Below, piece after piece: positions 25,801 to 39,900 of a stretch of 64,000 nucleotides of DNA. The first letter of the stretch is position 1; each line of letters begins with the position of its first letter. The notes below the pieces were generated by a model. It made no database searches. It had not been told where the DNA came from and saw only the letters and a program-made list of their open reading frames with translations. A program made the position numbers and the translations under genes. Origin of the DNA: Eledone cirrhosa (taxonomy: Eukaryota); assembly GCA_964016885.1 (NCBI GenBank), contig OZ024766.1:2480001-2544000 (forward strand), written 5' to 3'.

Positions 25801-28800
25801 GTTTGGTTACAGAGGGAGGGACTAGGTATCGTCTACTGTCATGTTTGGTTACAGAGGGAGGGACTAGGTATGGTCTATCATGTTTGGTTACAGAGGGAGG
25901 GACTAGGTATGGTCTACTGTCATGTTTGGTTACAGAGGGAGGGACTAGGTGTGGTCTATCATGTTTGGTTACAGAGGGAGGGACTAGGTATGGTCTACTG
26001 TCATGTTTGGTTACAGAGGGAGGGACTAGGTATCGTCTACTGTCATGTTTGGTTACAGAGGGAGGGACTAGGTATGGTCTATCATGTTTGGTTACAGAGG
26101 GAGGGACTAGGTATGGTCTACTGTCATGTTTGGTTACAGAGGGAGGGACTAGGTGTGGTCTATCATGTTTGGTTACAGAGGGAGGGACTAGGTATGGTCT
26201 ACTGTCATGTTTGGTTACAGAGGGAGGGACTAGGTATGGTCTACTATCATGTTTGGTTACAGAGGGAGGGACTAGGTGTGGTCTATCATGTTTGGTTACA
26301 GAGGGAGGGACTAGGTATGGTCTACTGTCATGTTTGGTTACAGAGGGAGGGACTAGGTATGGTCTACTGTCATGTTTGGTTACAGAGGGAGGGACTAGGT
26401 ATGGTCTATCATGTTTGGTTACAGAGGGAGGGACTAGGTATGGTCTACTGTCATGTTTGGTTACAGAGGGAGGGACTAGGTATGGTCTACTGTCATGTTT
26501 GGTTACAGAGGGAGGGACTAGGTATGGTCTACTGTCATGTTTGGTTACAGAGGGAGGGACTAGGTATGGTCTACTGTCATGTTTGGTTACAGAGGGAGGG
26601 ACTAGGTATGGTCTACTATCATGTTTGGTTACAGAGGGAGGGACTAGGTGTGGTCTACTGTCATGTTTGGTTACAGAGGGAGGGACTAGGTATGGTCTAC
26701 TGTCATGTTTGGTTACAGAGGGAGGGACTAGGTATGGTCTACTGTCATGTTTGGTTACAGAGGGAGGGACTAGGTATGGTCTACTATCATGTTTGGTTAC
26801 AGAGGGAGGGACTAGGTGTGGTCTACTGTCATGTTTGGTTACAGAGGGAGGGACTAGGTATGGTCTACTGTCATGTTTGGTTACAGAGGGAGGGACTAGG
26901 TATGGTCTACTGTCATGTTTGGTTACAGAGGGAGGGACTAGGTATGGTCTACTGTCATGTTTGGTTACAGAGGGAGGGACTAGGTATGGTCTATCATGTT
27001 TGGTTACAGAGGGAGGGACTAGGTATGGTCTACTGTCATGTTTGGTTACAGAGGGAGGGACTAGGTATGGTCTATCATGTTTGGTTACAGAGGGAGGGAC
27101 TAGGTATGGTCTACTGTCATGTTTGGTTACAGAGGGAGGGACTAGGTGTGGTCTATCATGTTTGGTTACAGAGGGAGGGACTAGGTATGGTCTACTGTCA
27201 TGTTTGGTTACAGAGGGAGGGACTAGGTGTGGTCTACTGTCATGTTTGGTTACAGAGGGAGGGACTAGGTATGGTCTACTATCGTGTTTGGTTACAGAGG
27301 GAGGGACTAGGTATGGTCTATCATGTTTGGTTACAGAGGGAGGGACTAGGTATGGTCTACTGTCATGTTTGGTTACAGAGGGAGGGACTAGGTGTGGTCT
27401 ACTGTCATGTTTGGTTACAGAGGGAGGGACTAGGTATGGTCTACTATCGTGTTTGGTTACAGAGGGAGGGACTAGGTGTGGTCTACTGTCATGTTTGGTT
27501 ACAGAGGGAGGGACTAGGTATGGTCTACTGTCATGTTTGGTTACAGAGGGAGGGACTAGGTGTGGTCTACTGTCATGTTTGGTTACAGAGGGAGGGACTA
27601 GGTATGGTCTACTATCATGTTTGGTTACAGAGGGAGGGACTAGGTGTGGTCTACTGTCATGTTTGGTTACAGAGGGAGGGACTAGGTATGGTCTACTGTC
27701 ATGTTTGGTTACAGAGGGAGGGACTAGGTATGGTCTACTGTCATGTTTGGTTACAGAGGGAGGGACTAGGTATGGTCTACTGTCATGTTTGGTTACAGAG
27801 GGAGGGACTAGGTATGGTCTACTATCATGTTTGGTTACAGAGGGAGGGACTAGGTATGGTCTACTATCGTGTTTGGTTACAGAGGGAGGGACTAGGTATG
27901 GTCTACTATCATGTTTGGTTACAGAGGGAGGGACTAGGTATGGTCTACTGTCATGTTTGGTTACAGAGGGAGGGACTAGGTATGGTCTATCATGTTTGGT
28001 TACAGAGGGAGGGACTAGGTATGGTCTACTGTCATGTTTGGTTACAGAGGGAGGGACTAGGTGTGGTCTATCATGTTTGGTTATGCAAGCGATAAATGGC
28101 TGGCTACTAATATGCAAAGCCGGGCATTTATCGCTCGTATTTATTGCTGATATGCAAATCTGGCTGGTCAGTCAGTCTGCTGATATGCAAATCAGGCTGA
28201 TCAGTCAGTCTGCTGATATGCAAATCTGGCTGGTCAGTCAGTCTGCTAATATGCAAATCAGGCTGATCAGTCAGTCTGCTGATATGCAAATCTGGCTGCT
28301 CAGTCAGTCTGCTAATATGCAAATCTGGCTGGTCAGTCAGTCTGCTGATATGCAAATCTGGCTGGTCAGTCAGTCTGCTGATATGCAAATCTGGCTGGTC
28401 AGTCAGTCTGCTGATATGCAAATCTGGCTGGTCAGTCAGTCTGCTGATATGCAAATCTGGCTGATCAGTCAGTCTGCTAATATGCAAATCAGGCTGATCA
28501 GTCACTGTGTATTTCAGAAAATATCATATATTTTCACTAGCTCTGACAGTTTGGCAGGTGAACAGTGAGCTGTACTGATGAAGGGCAATACCCAGAAACA
28601 TTAGTGTCTGCAGTTCTGTTTACATGCCAACACAAGAACAAGAATGAAGGGTTCATTCTACTGACATGGCTATAAAATTGAGGCTTGTTTGCATAATTGC
28701 AAACGAATCGAATGTTATTAATATTCGAAAAAACTCTGATTACATTTATTGTATTCAGCTATGTAGAGTGAAATTTTCTTATCTCTCGCTCTCGCTCTCG

Positions 28801-29140
28801 CTCTCTCTCATTTTATGTCCGCTTTTCCCTGCTTGCAAGGGTGGGACAGGAACTGATTCTGGCTTGATTTCTACAGCTGGATGCCCTTCCTAACACCAAC
28901 CTCATTTACAGTGAGTGCTGGGTGCTTTTTTTTTGCCGTGGCACCTCCACGACCACTTTGCAGAGGAATGATAGGGACCCCAGTCCCTATCATCTCATTT
29001 CTACAGCTGAGTAAACTGGAGCAATGTGAAATAAAGTGCCTTGCTCAAGGAAACAACACAACACCCGGTCTGAGAATTGAATTCACAACCTTTCGATTGC
29101 AAGGCCAATGCTCTAACCACTAAGCCATGTGCCTCCATAT

Positions 29141-29173
<33 letters not shown>

Positions 29174-32100
29174 CATCATTTAATGTACACTCTCTACCTC
29201 TCTCTACCTCCACACCGACACCTACCCACACATCTACACTCACCCATACCTTTACCTCCATACAGGTAAACAACAAGAAATGACCACATATACTATCCAC
29301 CAAAGCTCTGGAAAGTTCTTAACATTCGGGGGTCTGCTCATTGGCTACGGCTTTTTTAGTGATGTCATTTATAAGGCTGAAAACAAGCGCAACCTTGGAG
29401 TTCTAAGATATCCAGGTAGGTTGGAATTTATTGTAACTTTTAAAACTTTCTATGAAACAAAAATACCCATTTTAAAGGCTTTATAAACCAACCCTGCCAA
29501 AAGTAGCTCTGGTTCTATGAAACAAAAATGCCCATTTTAAAGGCTTTATAAACCAACCCTGCCAAAAGTAGCTCTCGTTCTATGAAACAAAAATACCCAT
29601 TTTAAAGGCTTCATATTTAGCCCTTTATAAACCAACCCTGCCAAAAGTAGCTCTCGTTCTATGAAACAAAAATACCCATTTTAAAGGCTTCATATTTAGC
29701 CCTTTATAAACCAACCCTGCCAAAAGTAGCTCTGGTTCTATGAAACAAAAATGCCCATTTTAAAGGCTTCATGTTTAGCCCTTTATAAACCAACCCTGCC
29801 AAAAGTAGCTCTGGTTCTATGAAACAAAAATACCCATTTTAAAGGCTTCATATTTAGCCCTTTATAAACCAACCCTGCCAAAAGTAGCTCTCGTTCTATG
29901 AAACAAAAATGCCCATTTTAAAGGCTTCATATTTAGCCCTTTATAAACCAACCCTGCCAAAAGTAGCTCTGGTTCTATGAAACAAAAATGCCAATTTTAA
30001 AGGCTTCATATTTAGCCCTTTATAAACCAACCCTGCCAAAAGTAGCTCTGGTTCTATGAAACAAAAATACCCATTTTAAAGGCTTCATATTTAGCCCTTT
30101 ATAAACCAACCCTGCCAAAAGTAGCTCTGGTTCTATGGAATAAAACTATTTGTTTTAAAGGGTTCCTATATAAATTAATCAGTTTTAATACTAAATTGGT
30201 TTTAAAAAACTCTACTTTTATAGAACAAAAACCTTCCTTTGTAAATCACTGAAAATTTTTCATTTAATTAATTGAAATTCTGTATTTCATTAGAAATATC
30301 ATCACAAAGGGTTTGTAGCAAAGGTTTCTGTTATGCTACATGGGCTAGGGTTTGTAGCAAAGGTTTCTGTTACGCTACATGGGCTAGGGTTTGTAGCAAA
30401 GGTTTCTGTTACGCTACATGGGCTAGGGTTTGTAGCAAAGGTTTCTGTTACGCTACATGGGCTAGGGTTTGTAGCAAAGGTTTCTGTTACGCTACATGGG
30501 CTAGGGTTTGTAGCAAAGGTTTCTGTTACGCTACATGGGCTAGGGTTTGTAGCAAAGGTTTCTGTTACGCTACATGGGCTAGGGTTTGTAGCAAAGGTTT
30601 CTGTTACGCTACATGGACTAGGGTTTGTAGCAAAGGTTTCTGTTACGCTACATGGGCTAGGGTTTGTAGCAAAGGTTTCTGTTATGCTACATGGGCTAGG
30701 GTTTGTAGCAAAGGTTTCTGTTACGCTACATGGGCTAGGGTTTGTAGCAAAGGTTTCTGTTACGCTACATGGGCTAGGGTTTGTAGCAAAGGTTTCTGTT
30801 ACGCTACATGGGCTAGGGTTTGTAGCAAAGGTTTGTCACGCTACATGGGCTAGGGTTTGTAGCAAAGGTTTCTGTTACGCTACATGGGCTAGGGTTTGTA
30901 GCAAAGGTTTCTGTTATGCTACATGGGCTAGGGTTTGTAGCAAAGGTTTCTGTTACGCTACATGGGCTAGGGTTTGTAGCAAAGGTTTCTGTCGCGCTAC
31001 ATGGGCTGAGAAAAGACAACACCAAGATATGTGTTTGGTAAACAGATCTTTATTGCTGACTCATCATTTCTAAGACATTAGTGTTGTTCCCCTTTACTCC
31101 TCTTGCATTATGGCAGATTATCAGTGCAGTCAACAATCGTAACCTATTTGCTGGTTGTTTGCATGCTCTACAATAGTTTCTTTACTGGTAGACTTCAGAA
31201 AACTGTGGCAGGAATGCTACCACTTAAAATAAAATTTCACCAGAGATATCATCACTGTTTAGCGTCCATTCCCCCCCCCCCCCAACCACATGCTGGCATG
31301 GATTAGATGAGTCGTCCACATTGGGAGACAAGTCTGGCTGGAACTGGCATGGCAACACTGTACCTTACTCTGACGAGGACTAAATTTTTGGCCGGGGATT
31401 TTACAACCGGGTGCCCTTCCTAACACCAACCACACTTACTGTGTGGGACTGGATGGCACTGATACGGGACAGGCCAGTTGGCCACGCTGACCCCATCTCA
31501 CAGCGGAACATATAGTTTTGGAGTCTGGTTCTGGATGGATAGATTAGTAAAATTTAATAAGCAGGGGTTTGAAAAAAAATCTGAAAAATTAATAAGTTTG
31601 GGGAGGGAGATGATTATTTGAGACCCAACAGTAGAAACATTGTAAGTTGTCGGAGGTGGGTTTGGTACCAAAAGGGTTATAATTATGTTTTTATCCTTCC
31701 TTTCTTCCCACAGTTTACATGCTATGGGGTCTCTTTCACAAACGGTTCTTTAAAGTGCATATTAAATATGAAGTACCCAAAGACGCTGCAACTGTGGCAA
31801 ATGGAGGTATTGATTCCACTGTGGAAAATGGAGGCAGAGATAATTTGTCTGCTGTTGGCTGCAAACCAGATGACAATAGGTAAGAACACAATTCTGTTTG
31901 TTTACTTATATATTTACTAGTATAGCACCTGTCAAAAAAAAAAAAAAAAATGGAGTTTAGTGGTGGAGGTAGTGATGGTGATAGTGGTATTGGTGGTGTT
32001 GGTAATGGTTGTAGTAGAGATAGCGGTGGTGGTGGTGTTAGTAATAGTCGTGGTGGTAGTGGTAGGATAGTAGTAGTAGTGGTGGTGACAATAGATGGTA

Positions 32101-35100
32101 GTAGTAGTAGTAGTAGAAGTAAATGTCCAGTTTTTCCAATGGTAAGGTTTGGCACAAATGCTATATTGAAGATAGCTAGTTTGTCTATTACACCTACCAC
32201 CCTTCTTCTGACAATTGAATGTTGAAGCTGGAACATTACTGCACCAGCTCCAGCAATTTTTCCACTTAACCCTTCACCATTTACATTACTCTATATATAC
32301 TATTGTATTTTCACAGTAAAGGCTTTACCTCACATAATACCTCACATAACATTTACATTACTCTATATATACTATTGTATTGTCACAGTAAAGGCTTTAC
32401 CTCACATAATACCTCACATAACATTTACATTACTCTATATATACTATTGTATTGTCACAGTAAAGGCTTTACCTCACATAATACCTCACATAACATTTAC
32501 ATTACTCTATATATACTATTGTATTGTCACAGTAAAGGCTTTACCTCACATAACATTTACATTACTCTATATATACTATTGTATTGTCACAGTAAAGGCT
32601 TTACCTCATATAATATCTCGCATAACATTTACATTACTCTATATATACTATTGTATTTTCACAGTAAAGGCTTTACCTCACATAATACCCCACATAACAT
32701 TTACATTACTCTATATATACTATTGTATTTTCACAGTAAAGGCTTTACCTCACATAATATCGCACATAACATTTACATTACTCTATATATACTATTGTAT
32801 TGTCACAGTAAAGGCTTTACCTCACATAATATCTCGCATAACATTTACATTACTCTATATATATATATATATAAGTGTGTGTGTGTGTGTGTGTGATCAT
32901 TTTATTTTATATTTTTTTCCTCTGCCTTTTCCTTTTTTTTTTCTTTTATAGTGAGATTGATGCCGATCAACTGTCGACTACTGAGGTGAAAGGGGAGGTA
33001 ACTGGTGAGAACATGAGTGAAGCAGGCTTGGGAGTGGAACCTAAGTGGAGTGAGAGCACGACTGAAGATCAGGCTGGAGAAGAGGTGGCTGTTAATAAGG
33101 ATGGTGTCCAAAGTGGAGACCTCGCTATGGCCACCAGCGACGGCCGTTCACCTGTGACTCAGGACAGATCTGTTGATACACCATCTAAAGAAGCTGAGAC
33201 TGCTCAGGACAGATCTGTTGATACACCATCTAAAGAAGCTGAGACTGCTCAGGACAGATCTGTTGATACAGCGTCAAAAGAAGCTGAGACTGCTCAGGAC
33301 AGATCTGTTGATACACCGTCTAAAGAAGCTGAGACTGTTCAGGACAGATCTGTTGATACAGCGTCTAAAGAAGCTGAGACTGCTCAGGACAGATCTGTTG
33401 ATACAGCGTCTAAAGAAGCTGAGACTGCTCAGGACAGATCTGTTGATACAGCGTCTAAAGAAGCTGAGACTGCTCAGGATAGATCTGTTGATACAGCGTC
33501 TAAAGAAGCTGAGACTGCTCAGGACAGATCTGTTGATACAGCGTCTAAAGAAGCTGAGACTGCTCAGGACAGATCTGTTGATACAGCGTCTAAAGAAGCT
33601 GAGACTGCTCAGGACAGATCTGTTGATACAGCGTCTAAAGAAGCTGAGACTGTTCAGGACAGATCTGTTGATACAGCGTCTAAAGAAGCTGAGACTGCTC
33701 AGGACAGATCTGTTGATACACCGTCTAAAGAAGCTGAGACTGTTCAGGACAGATCATTTGATACACCGTCTAAAGAAGCTGAGACTGTTCAGGACAGATC
33801 ATTTGATACACCGTCTAAAGAAGCTGAGACTGTTCAGGACAGATCATTTGATACACCGTCTAAAGAAGCTGAGACTGTTCAGGACAGATCATTTGATACA
33901 CCGTCTAAAGAAGCTGAGACTGTTCAGGACAGATCTGTTGATACACCGTCTAAAGAAGCTGAGACTGTTCAGGACAGATCTGTTGATACACCGTCTAAAG
34001 AAGCTGAGACTGTTCAGGACAGATCTGTTGATACACCGTCTAAAGAAGCTGAGACTGTTCAGGACAGATCTGTTGATACACCGTCTAAAGAAGCTGAGAC
34101 TGCGCAGGACAGATCTGTTGATACAGCGTCTAAAGAAGCTGAGACTGCTCAGGACAGATCTGTTGATACACCGTCTGGTACTTCTGTTGAGACTTCTAAA
34201 GAAGCTGAGGCTGCTGCTACTGACATCTGTCAAGGGAATGTAACTAAAGGTTTGTATGTCAACTTAGTTTATTTTTCTCCTACTGATGTTGGACTGTAAG
34301 ATGGTCGGTAGTGAAGGGAACAGAAGGGCGGTGGCGGAGGAGTGAACAGATGGAGGGGGGGGGAGAAAATACTTGGTCTTGAAAATTTTGTTCTTACAAT
34401 TACTGTTAAGTACCAGTCACACACTGGGGTCAATTTAATCGACTCCCCCCCCCCCCAAAAAAAAAAAATTGCTGGCCTTGTGCCTATATAAGAAAGCATT
34501 GTTACTGTTAAGGGGGAGTTTTCCCACTGTTCATCTCTCGTTTTATTGACATTCTGCTAGACCGGGGACAGTCGATAACGGGGGCTGATTTAGGCACAAG
34601 GCCAGTAATTTGTGGGGGGAGGGCGAAAATCGATTGAATCGATCCCAGTGCATTACTGGTACTATATTTTATCGAAGGAAACAGTTCTAGTCCTGTAGAA
34701 GCCATTTCTGTATTATATATATATATATATATATATTTGTTTGTGGAGGCATGTGGCTGAGTGGTAAGATAAATATGCATGTGTAGTGTTTGTACCAGAG
34801 TGTTCAAGTCGCTGGCTGGACTGAAAAGTCACACTCGTTCAGCGCATCGGTAGGGGTTCTCCTACATGGATATAAAGTAGTGGCCGTACTCGAAAACGAG
34901 TTGGCAGCCACCATATATATAGATGTATGTATATATATTTATATATATACGAATATATATATTTATATACATATAGTAATAATAAATATGAAGACTAAAA
35001 TCCAAAGAGGTCTCGATAAAGATAAATATATATCGAATACATATATATATATATATGTATGCATGTATATATGTATGTATGTACGTACATATGTATATAT

Positions 35101-35211
35101 GTACGTATGTATATATATATATATATGTATATATGTACGTATGTATATATATATATATATGTATGTGTATATGTATGTATGTATGTGTATATGTATGTGT
35201 ATATATGTATG

Positions 35212-35269
<58 letters not shown>

Positions 35270-36893
35270 TGTATGTATGTATGTATGTATGTATGTATGT
35301 ATGTATATATATATATATATATAAATAAAATAAACACATTGTAAATTATCCCTACTACGGCAGTTCGATATTGAACCTCTCACCTCGCTACGAAACAATA
35401 AATACCCATTACTCCTACCAACAAAGCTACCAGAAAACTTGCTGTAAATTTTATATATTTAAAGTATTAAAAACCTTAAATTAATTTATTTAATTATAAA
35501 TACGGAAAGTGTAGAGACAGAAGATAAATAAAACTTCAAAATAATCACAATATCCGACATTGTTTTGAGAATAATAGTGTAAAAAATTGACACCGGTTTA
35601 GGGGTCCACGTAACCTTTGCCCTCTCGCTCCCATGGTGACTTGATGTTCAGATTAAAGAGAGGTGTGCAATAAATTAGTTAATTATTTCATATTTATTCA
35701 TTAATACCAAACAAGGAACAAGATGGGGGGAAAGAAATTTAAAAAAATTACGGTCGTTAAAAAAAAAAAAATTCAGCCATTACCCTCCCATGATGCAACA
35801 GTAGAGGTAAATACTTTGACGATTTAGCGACATCAGTTCCCCAGATTTCTCTCAGCCGAAATCTCAAGAACGATAACTCTGTCTTTACTTAATCGCAAAA
35901 ATGGGTGCAAAAAAGTTTCAGCTGACTTTTTTATGTTTGATGATTGAATCACGTTAAGCGTGAAAGCAGCGATTCTTAACTTAAATTTTAACCTGTTCTT
36001 ATAATATATATGTAATAATATATATATATATATAGATATATATAATTATTTAACATAAATTACTTTACATATATATATATAAATACAGAGAGAGTGTGGC
36101 ACTCCGTCGGTTACGACGAAGGGAATTCGTGTTTTTATTACTAATGATTGAATATGTATGTATGTATGTATGTATATATGTATGTATGTGTATATATATG
36201 TATATATATACATACATATCCGGGAGAGATGACCCCTTAGCCTTTGTCAAGGCTGAATTCTAGGAGAAGGAAAACTCTGATATAACATCTGCAACCCTTA
36301 TGGTATCCAATGATGTTGACTTGTTCTTTTTGGTAAATATCATCTTGGTTAAGAGAGTGGGACTGGCTTTGTGCAGTGCCTTTGCTCACTATAAAAGCTT
36401 CACGGCACAGGCATTGCTTTATATCTGGAGATCTCTCTGCACTTGTCGTCACATGGTACCAGCACTATATGTCAATAATTGTCACAAGTGTAGTGTTTGT
36501 ACCAGAGTTTTCATGTCGCTGGCTGGACTAAAAAGTCACACTCGTTCAGCGCATCGGAAGGGGTTCTTCTACATGGATATACAGTTGTGGCCGTACTCGA
36601 AAACGAGTTGGCAGCCACCATATATATATATAGATGTGTGTATATATATATTTATATATATACGAATATATATATTTATATATATATATAGTAATAATAA
36701 ATGTGAAGACTAAAATCCAAAGAGGTCTCGATAACGATAAATAAATATCGAATATATATATATCTGTGTATGAGGGTATATATCTGTGTATGTATGTATG
36801 TATGTATGTATATATATGTATGTATGTATATATGTATGTATATATATATATATATATGTACGTACGTATGTATATATATGTATGTACATATAT

Positions 36894-36946
<53 letters not shown>

Positions 36947-39900
36947 TCTATATATATATAAAATAAACACATTGTAACTTATTCCTACTACGGCAGTTCG
37001 ATATTGAACCTCTCACCTCGTTACGAAACAATAAATACCCATTACTCCTACCAACGAAGCAACCAGCGAATTTGCTGTAAATTTTATATATTTAAAGTAT
37101 TAAAAACCTTAAATTTATTTATTTAATTATAAATACGGAAAGTGTAGAGACAGAAGATAAATAAAACTTCAAAATAATCATAATATCCGACATCGTTTTG
37201 AGAATAAGTGTAAAATTGACACCGGTTTAGGGGTTCCACGTAACCCTTGCCCTCTAAATATTTAATCATTAGTAATAAAAACACGAATTCCCTTCGTCGC
37301 AACCGACAGAGTGCCACGCTCTCTCTGTATTTATATATATATATATATGTAAAGTAATTTGTTAAATAATTATATATATATATATATTATTATATATAAT
37401 ATTATAAGAATAGGTTAAAATTTAAGTTAAGAATCGCTGCTTTCACGCTTAACGTGATTCAATCATCAAACATAAAAAAGTCAGCTGAAACTTTTTTGCA
37501 CCCATTTTTGCGATTAAGTAAAGACAGAGTTATCGTTCTTGAGATTCGGCTGAGAGAAATTTGGGGAACTGATGTCGCTAAATCGTCAAAGTATTTACCT
37601 CTACTGTTGCATCATGGGAGGGTAATGGCTGACATTTGTTTTTTTAACGACGGCGATTTTTTAAATTTCTGTCCCGCCATCTTGTTCCTTGTTTGTTATT
37701 AATGAATAAATATCAAATAATTAATTAATTTATTGCACACCTCTCTTTAATCTGAACATCAAGTTACCATTGGAACGAGAGGGCAAGGGTTACGTGGACC
37801 CCTAAACCGGTGTCAATTTTACACTATTATTCTCAAAACAATGTCAGATATATTCGTATATATATAAATATATATACATACATCTATATATATGGTGGCT
37901 GCCAACTCGTTTTCGAGTACGGCCACTACTTTATATCCATGTAGGAGAACCCCTAGCGATGCGCTGAACGAGTGTGACTTTTCAGTCCAGCCAGCGACTT
38001 GAAAACAGAATCAGTAGAGCGTCGGAGAACGTTTAGCTGCATAGAGTTGCGGCCCTTACGTTATGAGTTCAAATCCCGCCGAGGTTCACTTTTCCTTTCA
38101 TCCTTCCGGGTGTCGATAAAATAAAGTACCAGTAATACACTGGGATAATTGCTGGCCTTGTGCCCCCAAAAGTAGAAACAATTATTACAGGGTTGATAAA
38201 ATAAAGTACCAGTAATACACTGGGATAATTGCTGGCCTTGTGCCCCCAAAAGTAGAAACAATTATTACAGGGTTGATAAAATAAAGTACCAGTAATACAC
38301 TGGGGTAATTGCTGGCCTTGTGCCAAAAGTGGAAACATTTATTACAGGGTTGATAAAATAAAGTACCAGTAATACACTGGGATAATTGCTGGCCTTGTGC
38401 CCCCAAAAGTAGAAACAATTATTACAGGGTTGATAAAATAAAGTACCAGTAATACACTGGGATAATTGCTGGCCTTGTGCCCCCAAAAGTAGAAACAATT
38501 ATTACAGGGTTGATAAAATAAAGTACCAGTAATACACTGGGGTAATTGCTGGCCTTGTAGAAATAATTGTTGTTGTTGTTGTTGTTGTTAGGCTGGAAGT
38601 ATTTGACGGGATCCTACATGTCGGTTGGTACATTCCTCCATTACGACTTATCTCAGCCAATGATGGGAGCTGTTGATGTCTTCTTGGTTAACAACTTCTC
38701 TGAAATGAAGGACATGTTTAAAAAGGTTCTGTGTTTATCTAAGGTAAAATATCTCCTCTTTCTCCTTCCACCCCACACCTGTTTCCCCATTCACCGTAAC
38801 ATTGCCCTCTACATTCTTGGACAGCTAAACTTTCAGATAACCGCACTACGCACCACACACCACACACCACACACCACACCACGCACCACACACACACACA
38901 CACACACTTTAGCTCGACATCTGACCTTCCATCGGGCACCACAACAACAAAAGACAGCCAATCCACACTGTAAAGTGGTTGTGCTGGTGTCATGACAAAA
39001 GGCACCCATTCCGCACTGTAAGGTGGTTGTGCTGGTGTCATGACAAAAAAGCAGCCAGTCCACACTGTAAGGTGGTTGTGCTGGTGTCATGACAAAAGGC
39101 ACCCAATCCACCCTGTAAGGTGGTTGTGCTGGTGTCATGACAAAAAAGCAGCCAGTCCACACTGTAAGGTGGTTGTGCTGGTGTCATGACAAAAGGCACC
39201 CATTCCGCACTGTAAGGTGGTTGTGCTGGTGTCATGACAAAAGGCACCCATTCCACACTGTAAGGTGGTTGTGCTGGTGTCATGACAAAAGGCACCCATT
39301 CCACACTGTAAGGTGGTTGTGCTGGTGTCATGACAAAAGGCACCCATTCCGCACTGTAAGGTGGTTGTGCTGGTGTCACGACAAAAGCCACCCATTCCAC
39401 ACTGTGAAGTGGTTGTGCTGGTGACACAAAAAAGGCACCCAGTCCCCCCTGTAAAGTGGTTGTGCTGGTGTCATGACAAAAGGCACCCAGTCCACCCTGT
39501 AAAGTGTTTGGTGAGACAAAGGCTATCCATACATGGATTAATCTACATACATGAATGTAAATATAAATACATGCTACATTATCATTGTTAAGCATCTGTT
39601 GTTGTTGTTACTGATTTTTTTTTTTTTTTTTTTTTTTTTCTCCCCCCCTGCATCTTTAAAGACTTTCAAGGGTACAATGTTTACAACGAGACGCCTGCTG
39701 TTGGAAATTCCCGAAGTTGACCCAAACAATGAGAAAGAGATGGCCCTCAACTGCGATGGCGAATACACTATTTTGGACCATCCGATCTTCATACAAATAT
39801 GGTGAGCTGTTTAATAGTGTTGTTGTTGTTGTTGTTTGAATGTAGTCTAATACATGGGGGAGGGGTGCTGCAAATGGAGTAAGAGAAACTAATGTATTAG

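Noticed and set aside
23601-28568. Three 1400-1650-aa repetitive ORFs as independent genes
   Set aside because: A 42-bp unit is open in several frames at once; only 23662-23733 is a credible exon.
6816-31007. CRISPR-like arrays
   Set aside because: Repeats are contiguous without unique spacers, there are no cas genes, and the context is eukaryotic.
31117-31250. Alternative kinase exon after ggcag
   Set aside because: Stop codon within nine codons in the required phase; 31714-31879 fits better.
12367-37000. YI/HT/CV/RE-rich ORFs
   Set aside because: Translations of AT, GT, CT and GGT microsatellites.
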